A stretch of 64,000 bases of DNA. Origin: Candidatus Poribacteria bacterium. GTDB taxonomy: Bacteria; Poribacteria; WGA-4E; GCA-2687025. The stretch is taken from contig OY762492.1 of the NCBI GenBank assembly GCA_963665845.2, forward strand, positions 2,080,001 to 2,144,000, in the 5' to 3' direction. The position numbers were made by a program, and so were the translations under genes. Within the stretch, counting starts at the first letter, position 1. The number at the start of each line of letters is the position of its first letter. Under the pieces are notes generated by a model that was not told where the DNA came from, did no database searches, and worked only from the letters and a program-made list of their open reading frames with translations. Below, one piece after another: positions 27,349 to 37,489 of this stretch.

Positions 27349-27987
27349 ATGAAGCCAATTCGCTTCGCGTTTTCGTTGATCGCCATAATCGGGTTCGTTC
27401 TGTTGCCCCTTGGGGGCAAGATAGGAATCGAGAGAGCCGATGCCCATTCGCTTGGAGTTTCGGACATGGATGCCGACAATAACGATTTCGTCGCTGTTAC
27501 TGCGCGAGGAAGTGTCGGGGCGCAGGATGACTTTTTACACACGTCGCCATCAATGCCGCCCATGACCACCGTCTATGCCAATTGTGAAGCTGGCGTTTCT
27601 TTGGTACGTCGAAAAGAGAAATCTAAAAACGCTTATTGGCTGGAAGTCTACGCAATCGCAAAAACAAGGTGGAAGACAGCGGAGGACAAACCTCATCCCA
27701 GGATGGGGTTGTCCTTGGAAAGTTACTACGTTCCGTCTACGCTGCCTGACGGAACCATCCTCATTTATTGGGTCTTTCCAGTTGTTCCTGCGCATGAAGC
27801 GAGCGTCACTCTTCATGACTTTGGATCATACCATTTCGCTGCAGCAAAAGCGAAAGCGATAACCAGCGGTCGGAGCACGTCGAATCCAACGGCTTCTCCG
27901 CCGGAACCCGGCGTTTTCGGCGGGAGTGGCGCCCAGAAAGAAGCGGAATACAGCCAAGACCATGTCAACGACTTCTACTACTATTGA
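27349..27987 (+). CDS. Hypothetical secreted protein
   Basis: Signal peptide ending ADA; visibly lower GC than the flanks. Confidence 0.7.
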   Translation: MKPIRFAFSLIAIIGFVLLPLGGKIGIERADAHSLGVSDMDADNNDFVAVTARGSVGAQDDFLHTSPSMPPMTTVYANCEAGVSLVRRKEKSKNAYWLEVYAIAKTRWKTAEDKPHPRMGLSLESYYVPSTLPDGTILIYWVFPVVPAHEASVTLHDFGSYHFAAAKAKAITSGRSTSNPTASPPEPGVFGGSGAQKEAEYSQDHVNDFYYY

Positions 27988-27999
27988 CGGGAGCGGGCG

Positions 28000-28908
28000 A
28001 TGAAACGGGGATGGGTCGCCGCGGCGGTTCTCGTGTGCGCTTTGTTGTTGGGCGTTTGGGTTTTCTTGACAGCGCGCAACAGCAGCCTTCCGCCGGACGA
28101 GGCGGCGTCCGGACATGCGCCTCTGACACTTGATGAGCAGACGCCCGTTGTTCCTGAAGCGAATACGCCCAAAAAATCAGAAGCGTCTGAAGAAGACGCT
28201 GCCGAGTCCTATGCAGATTCCAATGAGCAATCGATCGAATCGGCGGCTACGGACCGGTACCAGTTTGAAACATGGCAGGACGGCTTGGACGTGATTGCGC
28301 ATATGATGTCCATGAGATTTGACGAGCTGAAAGCGAAAGGGATTCCGCCGGGCATGGATATTCCAGAGGAGGATCAAGATAGGTGGTTTCGGAGCCGAGC
28401 GGAGTCGGAGATCAAGATGGAGGTGTTTTCTACAGACAAGCATCCCATGCTGAAAGAAGCCATGCGGCCCTTTCTCAATGAGATACCGCCCAAGGAATGG
28501 AGCCCCGACAGCCTCTTCGTGAGAGCGGGGCGGTTGCCGGCGTCTGTTTTGGATTATAACGTCACGCTGCCCAACGGCGAAATCTACACCCTGCAAGAGA
28601 ATACGAAGCTGGTTATTGTCTACCGGCAAAACAATCTCACGGAAGCGGGAATTCAGAAGTTGGCTGAAATGCAGGCGAAGGAAACGGATCTGTTGAGGCG
28701 TCTCGCGTCTATCCCCTCGGAGAGCGAGGCGGATTCGTTGAACGCGGAGCTAGAGACGGTTCAGATATGGTTAAAACATCTTCAAGAACCGACAGGAACA
28801 GCGCAAAGGGGCTACACCTGGGGAGATCCGAAAGATCCTGACTTCAAGACGATCACGATCGACTTAGGAGTCATTGAGGAGGATTTGAGCGCCGCCAAAG
28901 AGGAATGA
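28000..28908 (+). CDS. Hypothetical protein with N-terminal membrane anchor
   Basis: N-terminal TM helix, disordered linker, coiled-coil near the C-terminus; GGAG RBS. Confidence 0.7.
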   Translation: MKRGWVAAAVLVCALLLGVWVFLTARNSSLPPDEAASGHAPLTLDEQTPVVPEANTPKKSEASEEDAAESYADSNEQSIESAATDRYQFETWQDGLDVIAHMMSMRFDELKAKGIPPGMDIPEEDQDRWFRSRAESEIKMEVFSTDKHPMLKEAMRPFLNEIPPKEWSPDSLFVRAGRLPASVLDYNVTLPNGEIYTLQENTKLVIVYRQNNLTEAGIQKLAEMQAKETDLLRRLASIPSESEADSLNAELETVQIWLKHLQEPTGTAQRGYTWGDPKDPDFKTITIDLGVIEEDLSAAKEE

Positions 28909-28921
28909 CGGCGAGCTGCGC

Positions 28922-29899
28922 TCATTTCCACCCATGCTCCTCATACCAGCGCGCTGTCCTTTCAAATCCCGTCTCCGCGTCTATCTTTGGTTCAAAGCCG
29001 AGTTCGCGGCGCGCTTTGGAGGCGTCGCAGATCCACGCCTCCTGTTTCATCTCGTTCAGCTTCTGGCGGTTGAATGCCGGCGTCTTTCCGCCCGCCAGCA
29101 GCTCCGATGCGCGCGCCGCCAACCCCGCCAACGCCATTGGTATCGGCAGCTTCAACGGGCGGACGCCCAGAGCCGACGCGATCCCCTCCGACATGCTCTC
29201 CCATGTATGCGCCCCGCCGTCGTTCACAAAGTAGGTCTGCCGATGCGCCTCCGGACTCTCCGACGCGAGTATCAGCGCCTCCGCCAAGTCGTCCACGTAT
29301 AGAATGTCGATCTGGCGTTCGCCGCCGCCGAGCCGTGGCGCGGCGCCTTTGCGTATCAACCGAAAAAAGATGCGGATGTCCGTATCGCGCGGACCGTAAA
29401 CAGCCGGCGGACGGACAATCGCATAGGAAAACCGCTCGCCCGCCAGCTCGCGAACCGCCTCTTCGCCCGCCAGTTTCGTCTTTCCGTAGTCGCTGATGGG
29501 GCTGGGCGGATGCGTCTCGTTGATGCGGTGTCCGCGCTTCGTCGGTCCCGCGGCGGCGATGCTGCTGCAGTAGACGAACCGCCCGCTAGGATCGCCGTAT
29601 TGCGTCCATGCCTGCATCGCGTGGACGGTTCCTTGCCGGTTGACAGCGTCAAACGCCTGCGGCGACGGCGCCTTCAGAACCGCCGCCAGATGAAAAACGC
29701 GCTCTTGACCCTCCATCGCCGCTTGGAGCGTTTCGGGCTGCGACAGCTCGCCCACAACGCGCCGAACCGGCAGATGTTCGATCCAGCGCAGATCGCTTGT
29801 CTTCCGCACAAGGCAGGTCGCCTCGGCTCCCCGTTCAACCAGCAGCTCCGTTAGTCGACTGCCGACAAACCCTGTCGCGCCGGCGATGAGCGTTTTCAT
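28922..29899 (-). CDS. NAD-dependent epimerase/dehydratase (extended SDR)
   Basis: GATGFVG, FHLAA, YGKTK, RPPAVYGP. Confidence 0.9.
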   Translation of the reverse strand: MKTLIAGATGFVGSRLTELLVERGAEATCLVRKTSDLRWIEHLPVRRVVGELSQPETLQAAMEGQERVFHLAAVLKAPSPQAFDAVNRQGTVHAMQAWTQYGDPSGRFVYCSSIAAAGPTKRGHRINETHPPSPISDYGKTKLAGEEAVRELAGERFSYAIVRPPAVYGPRDTDIRIFFRLIRKGAAPRLGGGERQIDILYVDDLAEALILASESPEAHRQTYFVNDGGAHTWESMSEGIASALGVRPLKLPIPMALAGLAARASELLAGGKTPAFNRQKLNEMKQEAWICDASKARRELGFEPKIDAETGFERTARWYEEHGWK

Positions 29900-31323
29900 T
29901 GGAGCGGGTCGTAGTCGGGATCGATTCGGCGAAGCTCGGCGGTCAAATCTTGCAGCAGGGCGTCGTTTTGGGCGAGCTGCGCCGCCTTCATCATGCGCGC
30001 GATGTTGAAGAGTCCCTCGCCCCAGCCGTCAAAGTTTTTCTTGCCCGCCATCTGCCGGGCGCGTTCCAGCAGCGTTTGCGCCCCTTTTTCCCGCTCTTCT
30101 TTGTTGTCTGAAAACAGGGCGGTCTTCGCTTTCAGCATCTTCAGACGCCGCTCCGCCTTCTCATCCTTTTCCTGCTCCGCCAGCCGTTCCCGCGCCTTCT
30201 CCAGTTGACCCGCGAGCAGCAGCGCTTCGATGGCGTACGCTTCGGCGAGATTTCGGTCATTCTCCCATTCGTCCGCCAGTTTCAAAACCTCATCGTACCG
30301 CTCAAAATGAAGCAGGCATTCCCAGTATCGGCGCGCCTCTCCGCCGCCCCTGTGTATCTCCAGGGCGCGCTGCAGGATTCGCCGCGCCTGCTTCTCCCTG
30401 CCGAGCCGCATGAGCGCCATTCCGTAAAGATGCAGGTTATGCATATGGTGCCACTCAATGCTCGGCGCCGCATTCTCCGTCCTGAAGTAGTTCATTTCGA
30501 GCCGATGCCCTCTGGCGAAGCGGCGGACCGCGTCCTCCCAGCGCCCGGCGCGCGGCAGAACATGTCCGACCATATGCTGCGCGTGCGGAGCCGCTTTTGC
30601 CCTGTTGCCGTATTTTTCGGCGCGGTTGACCGCCAGCTCATAGGCGCCCATGTTTTCGTAGCAATGCGTTAAATAATGGAGCGCGCCGATATGGGTCGGG
30701 TCTTGCGCCAGCGCCGCTTCATACCAAGCCGCCTGTTTGACGCCCCCGCCCTGTCCGATGGCGCGCGGTCCGGACTCCTCCGCCTGCCCCCGCGCGATCC
30801 ACAGCTCTGCGTCCCACGGATAATCTTCGATCAGGCTTGTCAGCTCGGAACGGTACTGGTTCATCATATTTTCCCGTTCCTCCCCCTTTGCTTGATCGGC
30901 GCTCCATTGGGAGCGCCGCGCCTCAATGTAGCGCCGCTCTCGGTCGCTTGCCAGTTCGCTCATGTCTATCGCCCGCGCCATGCGCTCATTGGAGGCGTCC
31001 ATGTCGCTGAGCTGCCTGTAGGCGAGCGCCATGCCGAAGTGGGCGAGCGCAAGGTTTTCATCATGTTCAAGCGCTTGACGGAAGGAGCGCGCCGCCTCGA
31101 TCCAGAAGTAGCTGTGCGCCCATCCCAGTCCCTGGTTGTAAAACGCCTGCGCCTCCTCGCTGTCGGTTGTAACGGGATGGTTCGGGGCGCCGACATTGGC
31201 GTTCAGCTGCGTCGGGCGCGCGATGATCTCAGCGACGTCTTCAGACACGGCGGACGCCGACAGCGCCGACATCCACGCAAGAGCGCACAGTATGCAGAGG
31301 GCGTAAAACGGGGGGCGTTTCAT
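29896..31323 (-). CDS. Secreted TPR-repeat protein
   Basis: Signal peptide; EAQAFYNQGL..AARSFRQAL; HIGALHYLTH, PHAQHMVGH. Confidence 0.8.
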   Translation of the reverse strand: MKRPPFYALCILCALAWMSALSASAVSEDVAEIIARPTQLNANVGAPNHPVTTDSEEAQAFYNQGLGWAHSYFWIEAARSFRQALEHDENLALAHFGMALAYRQLSDMDASNERMARAIDMSELASDRERRYIEARRSQWSADQAKGEERENMMNQYRSELTSLIEDYPWDAELWIARGQAEESGPRAIGQGGGVKQAAWYEAALAQDPTHIGALHYLTHCYENMGAYELAVNRAEKYGNRAKAAPHAQHMVGHVLPRAGRWEDAVRRFARGHRLEMNYFRTENAAPSIEWHHMHNLHLYGMALMRLGREKQARRILQRALEIHRGGGEARRYWECLLHFERYDEVLKLADEWENDRNLAEAYAIEALLLAGQLEKARERLAEQEKDEKAERRLKMLKAKTALFSDNKEEREKGAQTLLERARQMAGKKNFDGWGEGLFNIARMMKAAQLAQNDALLQDLTAELRRIDPDYDPLQ

Positions 31324-31327
31324 AGGT

Positions 31328-31822
31328 TCATCCTTTCTCCGCGCGGAGAGGGCGCAGTTCGTAGGTCTGTATGACAGCGTTCATGAGCAGCCGTTCGATG
31401 AGCGAGCGCGCCCGCGTTTCGTTCAGCGGTCCGACGAGATACGCTTTGCGCCCCGTCTCCGCATGGCGAAGCGGGAGCGCGCCGAGGTCGCCCGCCGCCT
31501 TGACGACCGTCTCGGAAACGGGGTCGGCGACGCCCGGTATATACCGTATTTCGACGATCCAGCCGTTCGCCGCGTCTGGAAAGGCGAGCGCGTCCGCGTT
31601 GACGCTGTAAAGGTCTAGGACCGCGTCGGCGAGCAGAGATTCTGCCAGCGTTTGCGCCTCTTGCGGTCCGCCGCCGCCTTCCGTTTCGATCCAGTACATG
31701 CGGGAGACGCGCGCCGTTTTCAGCCCTGTTTCGCCGAGGTCGCGCGCTTCTGCTAACAGGCGCGCGGCTTCGCTGTCGTTTTCATGTTGTTTTGCGGCGA
31801 CCTCCACCGCCCAGCGCGCCAT
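31328..31822 (-). CDS. Tandem PurS-like protein (FGAM synthase accessory)
   Basis: Two PurS-like repeats ending LLADAVLDLY and LLMNAVIQTY; PGVADPV motif. Confidence 0.7.
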   Translation of the reverse strand: MARWAVEVAAKQHENDSEAARLLAEARDLGETGLKTARVSRMYWIETEGGGGPQEAQTLAESLLADAVLDLYSVNADALAFPDAANGWIVEIRYIPGVADPVSETVVKAAGDLGALPLRHAETGRKAYLVGPLNETRARSLIERLLMNAVIQTYELRPLRAEKG

Positions 31823-31978
31823 ATTCGCTCCTCTCACTGCTGCCGCTCACTATCAACAAGATACATTTTATGGTTAAACATTGTCCACTGAATGAGCAAC
31901 TATTTTCGCGCATCGCCTGCCGTTCTTGCATAATTCTCTAAACCGATTTTCAAGAGGAATCTGCCGCGCCTCTTCGGT

Positions 31979-32473
31979 CTAGTCCAAAAAGAGCGACGCC
32001 GGGTAGATCTGCGCGTCGTACACTGTCGTTTCAAACTCGCCCTGATTCGGCGTGATGAGCGTCGCATCGATTTCGCCTGTCGGCCCGTCCGCTTCAGGGT
32101 CCAGCTCCGTCAGCGTTGAGGGAATGACGCCGATGAGCGAGCGGAAGGAGTTCACACGCGCCGCGTTCCACCGCAGGGAGCGCAGCCGCCCTGAAAACAC
32201 CGTTTCGTTCCGCTGTCCGTCTTTGAGCGAATAAACCTGAATGCGCGTGTCCAGCTCCGACTCATGCAGAACGCCGCCCCCGCTGAAATTGTCCGACGTC
32301 CAGAGCAGATGCGCGCCGGACGAGGTCAGCAGGTTCAGCCGCAGATAGACGCCTTCCGCTCTAAATTCGGCATGCCCCGATATGCCGCCCAGATCGGAGA
32401 TGCGCTTGCCCTCGCAGCCCGACAGCAGCATCGAAGCCGCGGCAGCAAGCGCCAAAAACGCTGTCCGCCTCAT
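31979..32473 (-). CDS. Hypothetical lipoprotein
   Basis: MRRTAFLALAAAASMLLSGC lipobox; start overlaps the GH32 stop. Confidence 0.7.
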   Translation of the reverse strand: MRRTAFLALAAAASMLLSGCEGKRISDLGGISGHAEFRAEGVYLRLNLLTSSGAHLLWTSDNFSGGGVLHESELDTRIQVYSLKDGQRNETVFSGRLRSLRWNAARVNSFRSLIGVIPSTLTELDPEADGPTGEIDATLITPNQGEFETTVYDAQIYPASLFLD

Positions 32474-34011
32474 GCGTAAATGTTCTCCATCTGCCATGCG
32501 TCCAGCGATGTCATGACCGAATCGCTGCCCTGCGAGCGCAGAGAGACGCCAACGCTGTCCTCCCGCCCTGGATAGACGCGCTGCGCGACGCACTGCCGCT
32601 CGTTGATGAACACCTCAATGACGCTGCGGTCCACGAAGGCGCGCAAGCGTATCGGTTCGTCCCCGGCAATGCGCACCGGTCCCGTCTCCGGCGCCCTTGA
32701 GCGCGCGTCCGGCAAGATCGACGAACGGGAGGAGTCGATGGTCAGCACATCGCCGCCGCGGTAGTCGCGCCCTTTGAAGAACATGACGCGGGTTACCTCT
32801 TCGGCGTTCGGCGAGCGGAGCATGTTCAGCTCGATCATCTGCGCCCCTGTCGGCGCGATTTCCACCTCCACCTCCATCGCGTTGCCGTTCACATTTTCAA
32901 AGACGACCTCCTCGTTTGCCGGCAGCGTTGTCTGTCCGACATGCGTATGCTCGCGCCGCAGCGACTTCAACGCCTCAATCGGCGCGATGACCAGCTGGTT
33001 CCGTTCAGGGAGCGTCAATCGGCGCGGGAGCGTCATGATCTGATTCCAGCGATGCGTCGACTTCGCGGGGTTCATGTTGAAGAGGACGACGACGCCGCCT
33101 TCGCCGTCCGGACATGCGGAGGGCGCATGGACGCCGCCGGGGCCGACAGGACCGAAGTTGAACTTGCCATGCGCCGTGGCGACCAGTTTGTCGCGCCCTT
33201 TGTCGTAGTCCCCGATCAGGTACTGTCCGCCGCTCATATGGCTAAAGAACAGCAGGATGTGCTGATCGCCGATGGGCCAAAAGTAAGGGCATGCGCCGTC
33301 GTCGCCGTTCAACGTGAACCGGTCGTTCTCCACAAACGGATGGAGATACTGCCAGTTGGCGAGGTCTTTTGAACGGAGAAGGAAGTTGGCGCGGACGGGG
33401 CGCCCGTCCGGCCCGTGAGGGAGCGTCCCGCCGGAGAGCGAGTAGTACACGTCGTCCTTTTTCCAGATGCATGGGTCAAAGACGCGGTAGGGAAGCGGAA
33501 AGCCGCTTGGATGCGAGCCTGGGATGACCGCCTTGCCGGCGACTTTTTCCCAGTTGAGCAGCAGCGGGTCGCTGGAAACGGCGACCATGTTGCCGACGCG
33601 CGTGCCGTGGTACATGGCGATGACGCGATCCTCTTCGACCAGCGTGGAGCCTGAAAAGCAGCAGTGTTCGGGGTTCGGATAGATGGCGGGCGGCAGATCG
33701 CGCCAGTGGACAAGGTCGTCGCTGATGGCATGCCCCCAGTGCTGGCGCGTGTCTTCAGGCGGATACGCCTGATAAAACAGGTGCCACCTGTCTTGCCAGA
33801 AGCAGAGGCCGTTCGGGTCGTTCAGCATCGCTTCGGGGTTGACGTAATGGTAGATCGGGCGGTGCGGGTCGCCTTCATACGATTTGCGCGATTCGTTCAT
33901 GCGTTTCAGGAGCGGATTTTCGGCGAGCTGCGCCTCCTGCTCCTCTAAGGTGTCCGCAAATTCGTATTGCGGGACGCGGGATGTGTAGTCGGGAGGGGAC
34001 TGGTCAGCCAT
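32470..34011 (-). CDS. Glycoside hydrolase family 32 protein (atypical active site)
   Basis: LNDPNG, WHLFYQ, HWGHAIS, FSGS, FDP, MTLPRRL, VDRSVIEVFIN. Confidence 0.9.
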   Translation of the reverse strand: MADQSPPDYTSRVPQYEFADTLEEQEAQLAENPLLKRMNESRKSYEGDPHRPIYHYVNPEAMLNDPNGLCFWQDRWHLFYQAYPPEDTRQHWGHAISDDLVHWRDLPPAIYPNPEHCCFSGSTLVEEDRVIAMYHGTRVGNMVAVSSDPLLLNWEKVAGKAVIPGSHPSGFPLPYRVFDPCIWKKDDVYYSLSGGTLPHGPDGRPVRANFLLRSKDLANWQYLHPFVENDRFTLNGDDGACPYFWPIGDQHILLFFSHMSGGQYLIGDYDKGRDKLVATAHGKFNFGPVGPGGVHAPSACPDGEGGVVVLFNMNPAKSTHRWNQIMTLPRRLTLPERNQLVIAPIEALKSLRREHTHVGQTTLPANEEVVFENVNGNAMEVEVEIAPTGAQMIELNMLRSPNAEEVTRVMFFKGRDYRGGDVLTIDSSRSSILPDARSRAPETGPVRIAGDEPIRLRAFVDRSVIEVFINERQCVAQRVYPGREDSVGVSLRSQGSDSVMTSLDAWQMENIYA

Positions 34012-34089
34012 GTTTCTCTCCTTGTGTTGAACATACATCGGCTTCAGCCAGACGCATCATGCCAAAAAAGACGGGGCGCGTCAAGAGTT

Positions 34090-34248
34090 CGGAGGGAGCG
34101 ACTCGTTCCCCCTTGAAAAGGAAGGCTAGGGGGTTTAAAGGACGGACACGGCGGCTGCGATGCCTTAAGATTCCCGCTTGCGCGGGAATGACTGCCTGGA
34201 TCGGCGGGCCGTCGGACAAAATAAATATGACCGCATGAGCGTACTGCC
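34090..34248 (-). mobile_element. MITE-like composite element, reverse complement of 12470..12652
   Basis: Ends GCATGAGCGTACTGCC; carries the REP and the CCCCCTTGAAAAGG hairpin. Confidence 0.6.
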
Positions 34249-34318
34249 TTTCGATCCGCGGTCTAGACGATCCGCCCGCCGTTTCTTATAATAGAAGCGT
34301 AAGAGAAAGGAACAGCGC

Positions 34319-36259
34319 ATGAACAACCCTGGCGGCGCAACACGACTCCTTCATTGGCTCTGCGCGTGCGTCTTCGTCTGCGTCTCTGCCGAGGCGTTTC
34401 CCGACAGGCGCGCCGCTTATCAGGACTCTCTAACGAGCTCTACTCTTCCTCGGATTTTGGACACTCCTGACTTCATCTCAGGCGCGTCTCCGCTTGGTCT
34501 TCCCGACGGCGCCAAGCTGCGCATCGGCAAAGGGTGGGCGTACTCCATCGACTATTCGCCGGACAGCAGCCGTCTTGCGGTCGCCGGAAGCGTCGGCATC
34601 TGGATATACGACGCGCGCTACGGCAAAGAGACCGCGCTGCTTCGGGGGCATACAGAGCGGGTCCATGACGCGGCGTATTCGCCGGACGGCTCCAGGATCG
34701 CCAGCGGAAGCGGCGACAAGACGATACGAATATGGAGCGCCGAAACGGGCGGCGCGATCAGGACGCTTGAAGGACATCAGGATTCGGTCCATACGCTCGC
34801 CTATTCGCCGGACGGAAAGAAGATCGCCAGCGGAAGCGGCGACAAGACGATACGAATATGGAGCGCCGAAACGGGCGGCGCGATCAAGACGCTTGAAGGG
34901 CATCAGGATTCGGTCCATACGCTCGCCTATTCGCCGGACGGAAAGAAGATCGCCAGCGGAAGCGGCGACGGAACCGTCAAAATATGGGACGCCGAGACAG
35001 GGGAGCTTCTCGATACGTTTGAGGGGCATTGGAGGGCGGTTAAATCGCTCGCCTATTCGCCGGACGGAAAGAAGATCGCCAGCTGCGACAAGTATAACGC
35101 GCGTATCTGGGACGCCGACGCTGTCGGCGGCGGAGGCGCGCTTCTCAAAAACCAATGGGCGACTCAATTCAATTCGATGGCGTTCTCGCCGGACGGTCAA
35201 ATCCTTGCCGGCGGCGGAGACCGTCTGCAGTTCTGGAACGGCGTCTATGGATCGATTCGCCGGCCCCTCTTTTCTTTCTTCAATGGACGCTTCGGGATGA
35301 TCGCGTTTTCTCCGGACGGGCATTTCATTGCAGGCATGGGAAACTACGAGATCATTGAGGTCTGGAACATCAAGATTCGCGCGCACGTTTATGGATTAAA
35401 AGGACATACGGGCGGCTTCAAACGCGCCGCGTTTTCACCGGACGGAACGAAAATCGGCGTCGATACCTACGGATTCCCGTATACATGGGATGTCAACACT
35501 GGAGAGCGTCTCTACGGGCTAGGCTCTATGGGAAGAAGGGGGCTGGCATATTCCCCGGACAGAAAAACAATTGCCAAGGAGGGGCGTAACCATTCCATTC
35601 TGCTGATTGAGGCGGAAACGGATTCGACTCTTCATACGCTCAAGGGGCATACGAAGAAGATCGCGTCCGTATCGTTTTCTCCAAACTCCGAGAAGATCGC
35701 ATCCGCCGGCGGCGACCATATGATACGGATATGGGACGCCGCGGCAGGCGCGCCTCTCAAAACGCTGATCGGACATACGGACGCGGTCGTATCGGCGGTC
35801 TTTTCGCCGGACGGAAAAACGATCCTCAGCGCCGGCAGAGACCAGACGATACGCCTATGGAGCGCCGACGCCGGCGGCTTGCTCAAAACGTTCAAGCATA
35901 CGAGCGGCGTTCATTCGGCGGTCTATTCGCCGGACGGCGATCCCGCCGCAAGGACGTTTGCCGCCGCATTTGAAGACGGGGCGGTTCGAATATACGACGC
36001 CGAGACAGGCAAGCTGCTGAAGGCGCTGACACATAAGGAGGCGGTCATGTCGGCGGCGTATTCCCCTGACGGAACGAGAATAGCCAGCGCAAGCAAAGAC
36101 AACGCCGTTCGGATATGGGACAAGAACGGCGCGCTTCTCCATACGCTTGAGGGGCATACGGACGATGTGAACTGGGTAGGCTATTCGCCGGACGGCAAGA
36201 CGCTCGCCAGCGTCAGCGCCGACGGAACGCTGCTCTTATGGGTCGTCCCCGACCGGTAG
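34319..36259 (+). CDS. Secreted WD40-repeat protein
   Basis: Signal peptide, GLPDGAKLRIGKG leader, many YSPDG..IASGS..D.TIRIW repeats; TAGACG-17-TATAAT upstream. Confidence 0.9.
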   Translation: MNNPGGATRLLHWLCACVFVCVSAEAFPDRRAAYQDSLTSSTLPRILDTPDFISGASPLGLPDGAKLRIGKGWAYSIDYSPDSSRLAVAGSVGIWIYDARYGKETALLRGHTERVHDAAYSPDGSRIASGSGDKTIRIWSAETGGAIRTLEGHQDSVHTLAYSPDGKKIASGSGDKTIRIWSAETGGAIKTLEGHQDSVHTLAYSPDGKKIASGSGDGTVKIWDAETGELLDTFEGHWRAVKSLAYSPDGKKIASCDKYNARIWDADAVGGGGALLKNQWATQFNSMAFSPDGQILAGGGDRLQFWNGVYGSIRRPLFSFFNGRFGMIAFSPDGHFIAGMGNYEIIEVWNIKIRAHVYGLKGHTGGFKRAAFSPDGTKIGVDTYGFPYTWDVNTGERLYGLGSMGRRGLAYSPDRKTIAKEGRNHSILLIEAETDSTLHTLKGHTKKIASVSFSPNSEKIASAGGDHMIRIWDAAAGAPLKTLIGHTDAVVSAVFSPDGKTILSAGRDQTIRLWSADAGGLLKTFKHTSGVHSAVYSPDGDPAARTFAAAFEDGAVRIYDAETGKLLKALTHKEAVMSAAYSPDGTRIASASKDNAVRIWDKNGALLHTLEGHTDDVNWVGYSPDGKTLASVSADGTLLLWVVPDR

Positions 36260-36385
36260 CGGTCAAGACACCGCCCCTTCTCTTCTCGTCATTCCCGTGC
36301 AAGCGGGAATCCAGAGCCGCCGCAGCCGCCGTTCGCGTTCGCATGCCGGCATGTCTAAAAAAGACGTAAGGTCAGATACCTGCAC

Positions 36386-36551
36386 TGACCTCATGCATAA
36401 AGTAGGGACATTTGAACCGACCATCGCTTTATTCATGGGAAAAAGGCGCCGCCAACCAAACCGTCATTCCCGCGCAAGCGGGAATCCAGAGTCTACCCCG
36501 AAACCGTCCGCGTTCACAACCAGAATTGTCCCGACTCTAAGGATGAGGTCA
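36386..36551. mobile_element. IS3-like-ended MITE copy in opposite orientation; a partial copy lies at about 36288..36374
   Basis: TGACCTCATGCATAAAGTAGGGACA...TGTCCCGACTCTAAGGGATGAGGTCA. Confidence 0.75.
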
Positions 36552-36637
36552 GCTGCAGCCTTGACCGACAGCCCCCCGCCCGTTAAACTAACTGCAGCCC
36601 GTCAAGCGTTCACTTCAACACGGACGGATACACGCAT

Positions 36638-37489
36638 ATGGATTTCAAAGTCGGCATCGCTCAAATCGCGCCGGCGCTGGGCGACGTCCATGAAAATATG
36701 AAGCGGATTGAGCGTTGCATCGAACGCGCCCTGGACGAGAAAACGGACCTTGTCGTCTTTCCAGAGCTGGCGCTCACGGGATACACCCTGAAAGACATGG
36801 TGCCTTCCGTCAGCCTGCGTCTCGATTCGCCCGAACTGAAGCGGCTTATGGACGCAAGCGCGCGGCTCTCCATCGCGGTCGGTTTTGTGGAAGAATCGCC
36901 TGACTACCGATTTTTCAACTCGGCGGCTTATCTTGAAAAGGGGCGGATTGTACATGTCCATCGAAAAGTGTATCTGCCCAACTACGGCATGTTTGAAGAA
37001 AACAGGGATTTCGCCGCCGGGAGTCGATTCCGCGCCTTCAACGCCGCCTTTGGACGATGCGGCATTCTCATCTGTGAAGACATGTGGCACCCCTCCGCCG
37101 CTTACGTCATCGCGCAGGACGGCTGCGAGCTGCTCATCGCGCTCTCATGCAGCCCCGCCCGCGGCGCCCAGTCGGACGGCGACCTTTACAGCGCAGACGC
37201 TTGGCAGACGCTGAACCGCGTCTACGCCCATCTCTTCTCGCAGTATGTTGTGTATGCGAACCGCGTCGGGTATGAGGACGGGGTCGGGTATTGGGGCGGG
37301 TCGGAGGCGATCGGGCCGGACGGTTCCGTCATCGCGCGCGCGAAGCAGTTTGAAGAGCAGTTTTTGACCGCCGAGCTGTCGTCCGACGCCGTCCGCCGCG
37401 CCAGAATCTCCTCCCCGCTTCTGCGCGACGAACGGCTCGACATCACCCTGCGCGAACTAAAACGCATCAACAGGGAGAGAGAACAATGA
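36638..37489 (+). CDS. Nitrilase-family glutaminase subunit of NAD synthetase
   Basis: FPELALTGY, HRKVYLPNYGMFEE, ICEDMW catalytic triad; overlaps nadE (ATGA). Confidence 0.88.
   Translation: MDFKVGIAQIAPALGDVHENMKRIERCIERALDEKTDLVVFPELALTGYTLKDMVPSVSLRLDSPELKRLMDASARLSIAVGFVEESPDYRFFNSAAYLEKGRIVHVHRKVYLPNYGMFEENRDFAAGSRFRAFNAAFGRCGILICEDMWHPSAAYVIAQDGCELLIALSCSPARGAQSDGDLYSADAWQTLNRVYAHLFSQYVVYANRVGYEDGVGYWGGSEAIGPDGSVIARAKQFEEQFLTAELSSDAVRRARISSPLLRDERLDITLRELKRINREREQ

Noticed and set aside
27240-28908. Prophage or integrative element at ssrA
   Set aside because: No integrase, att duplication or phage genes are visible.
34319-36259. Diversity-generating retroelement target
   Set aside because: The duplication is tandem and in frame, and no reverse transcriptase is present.
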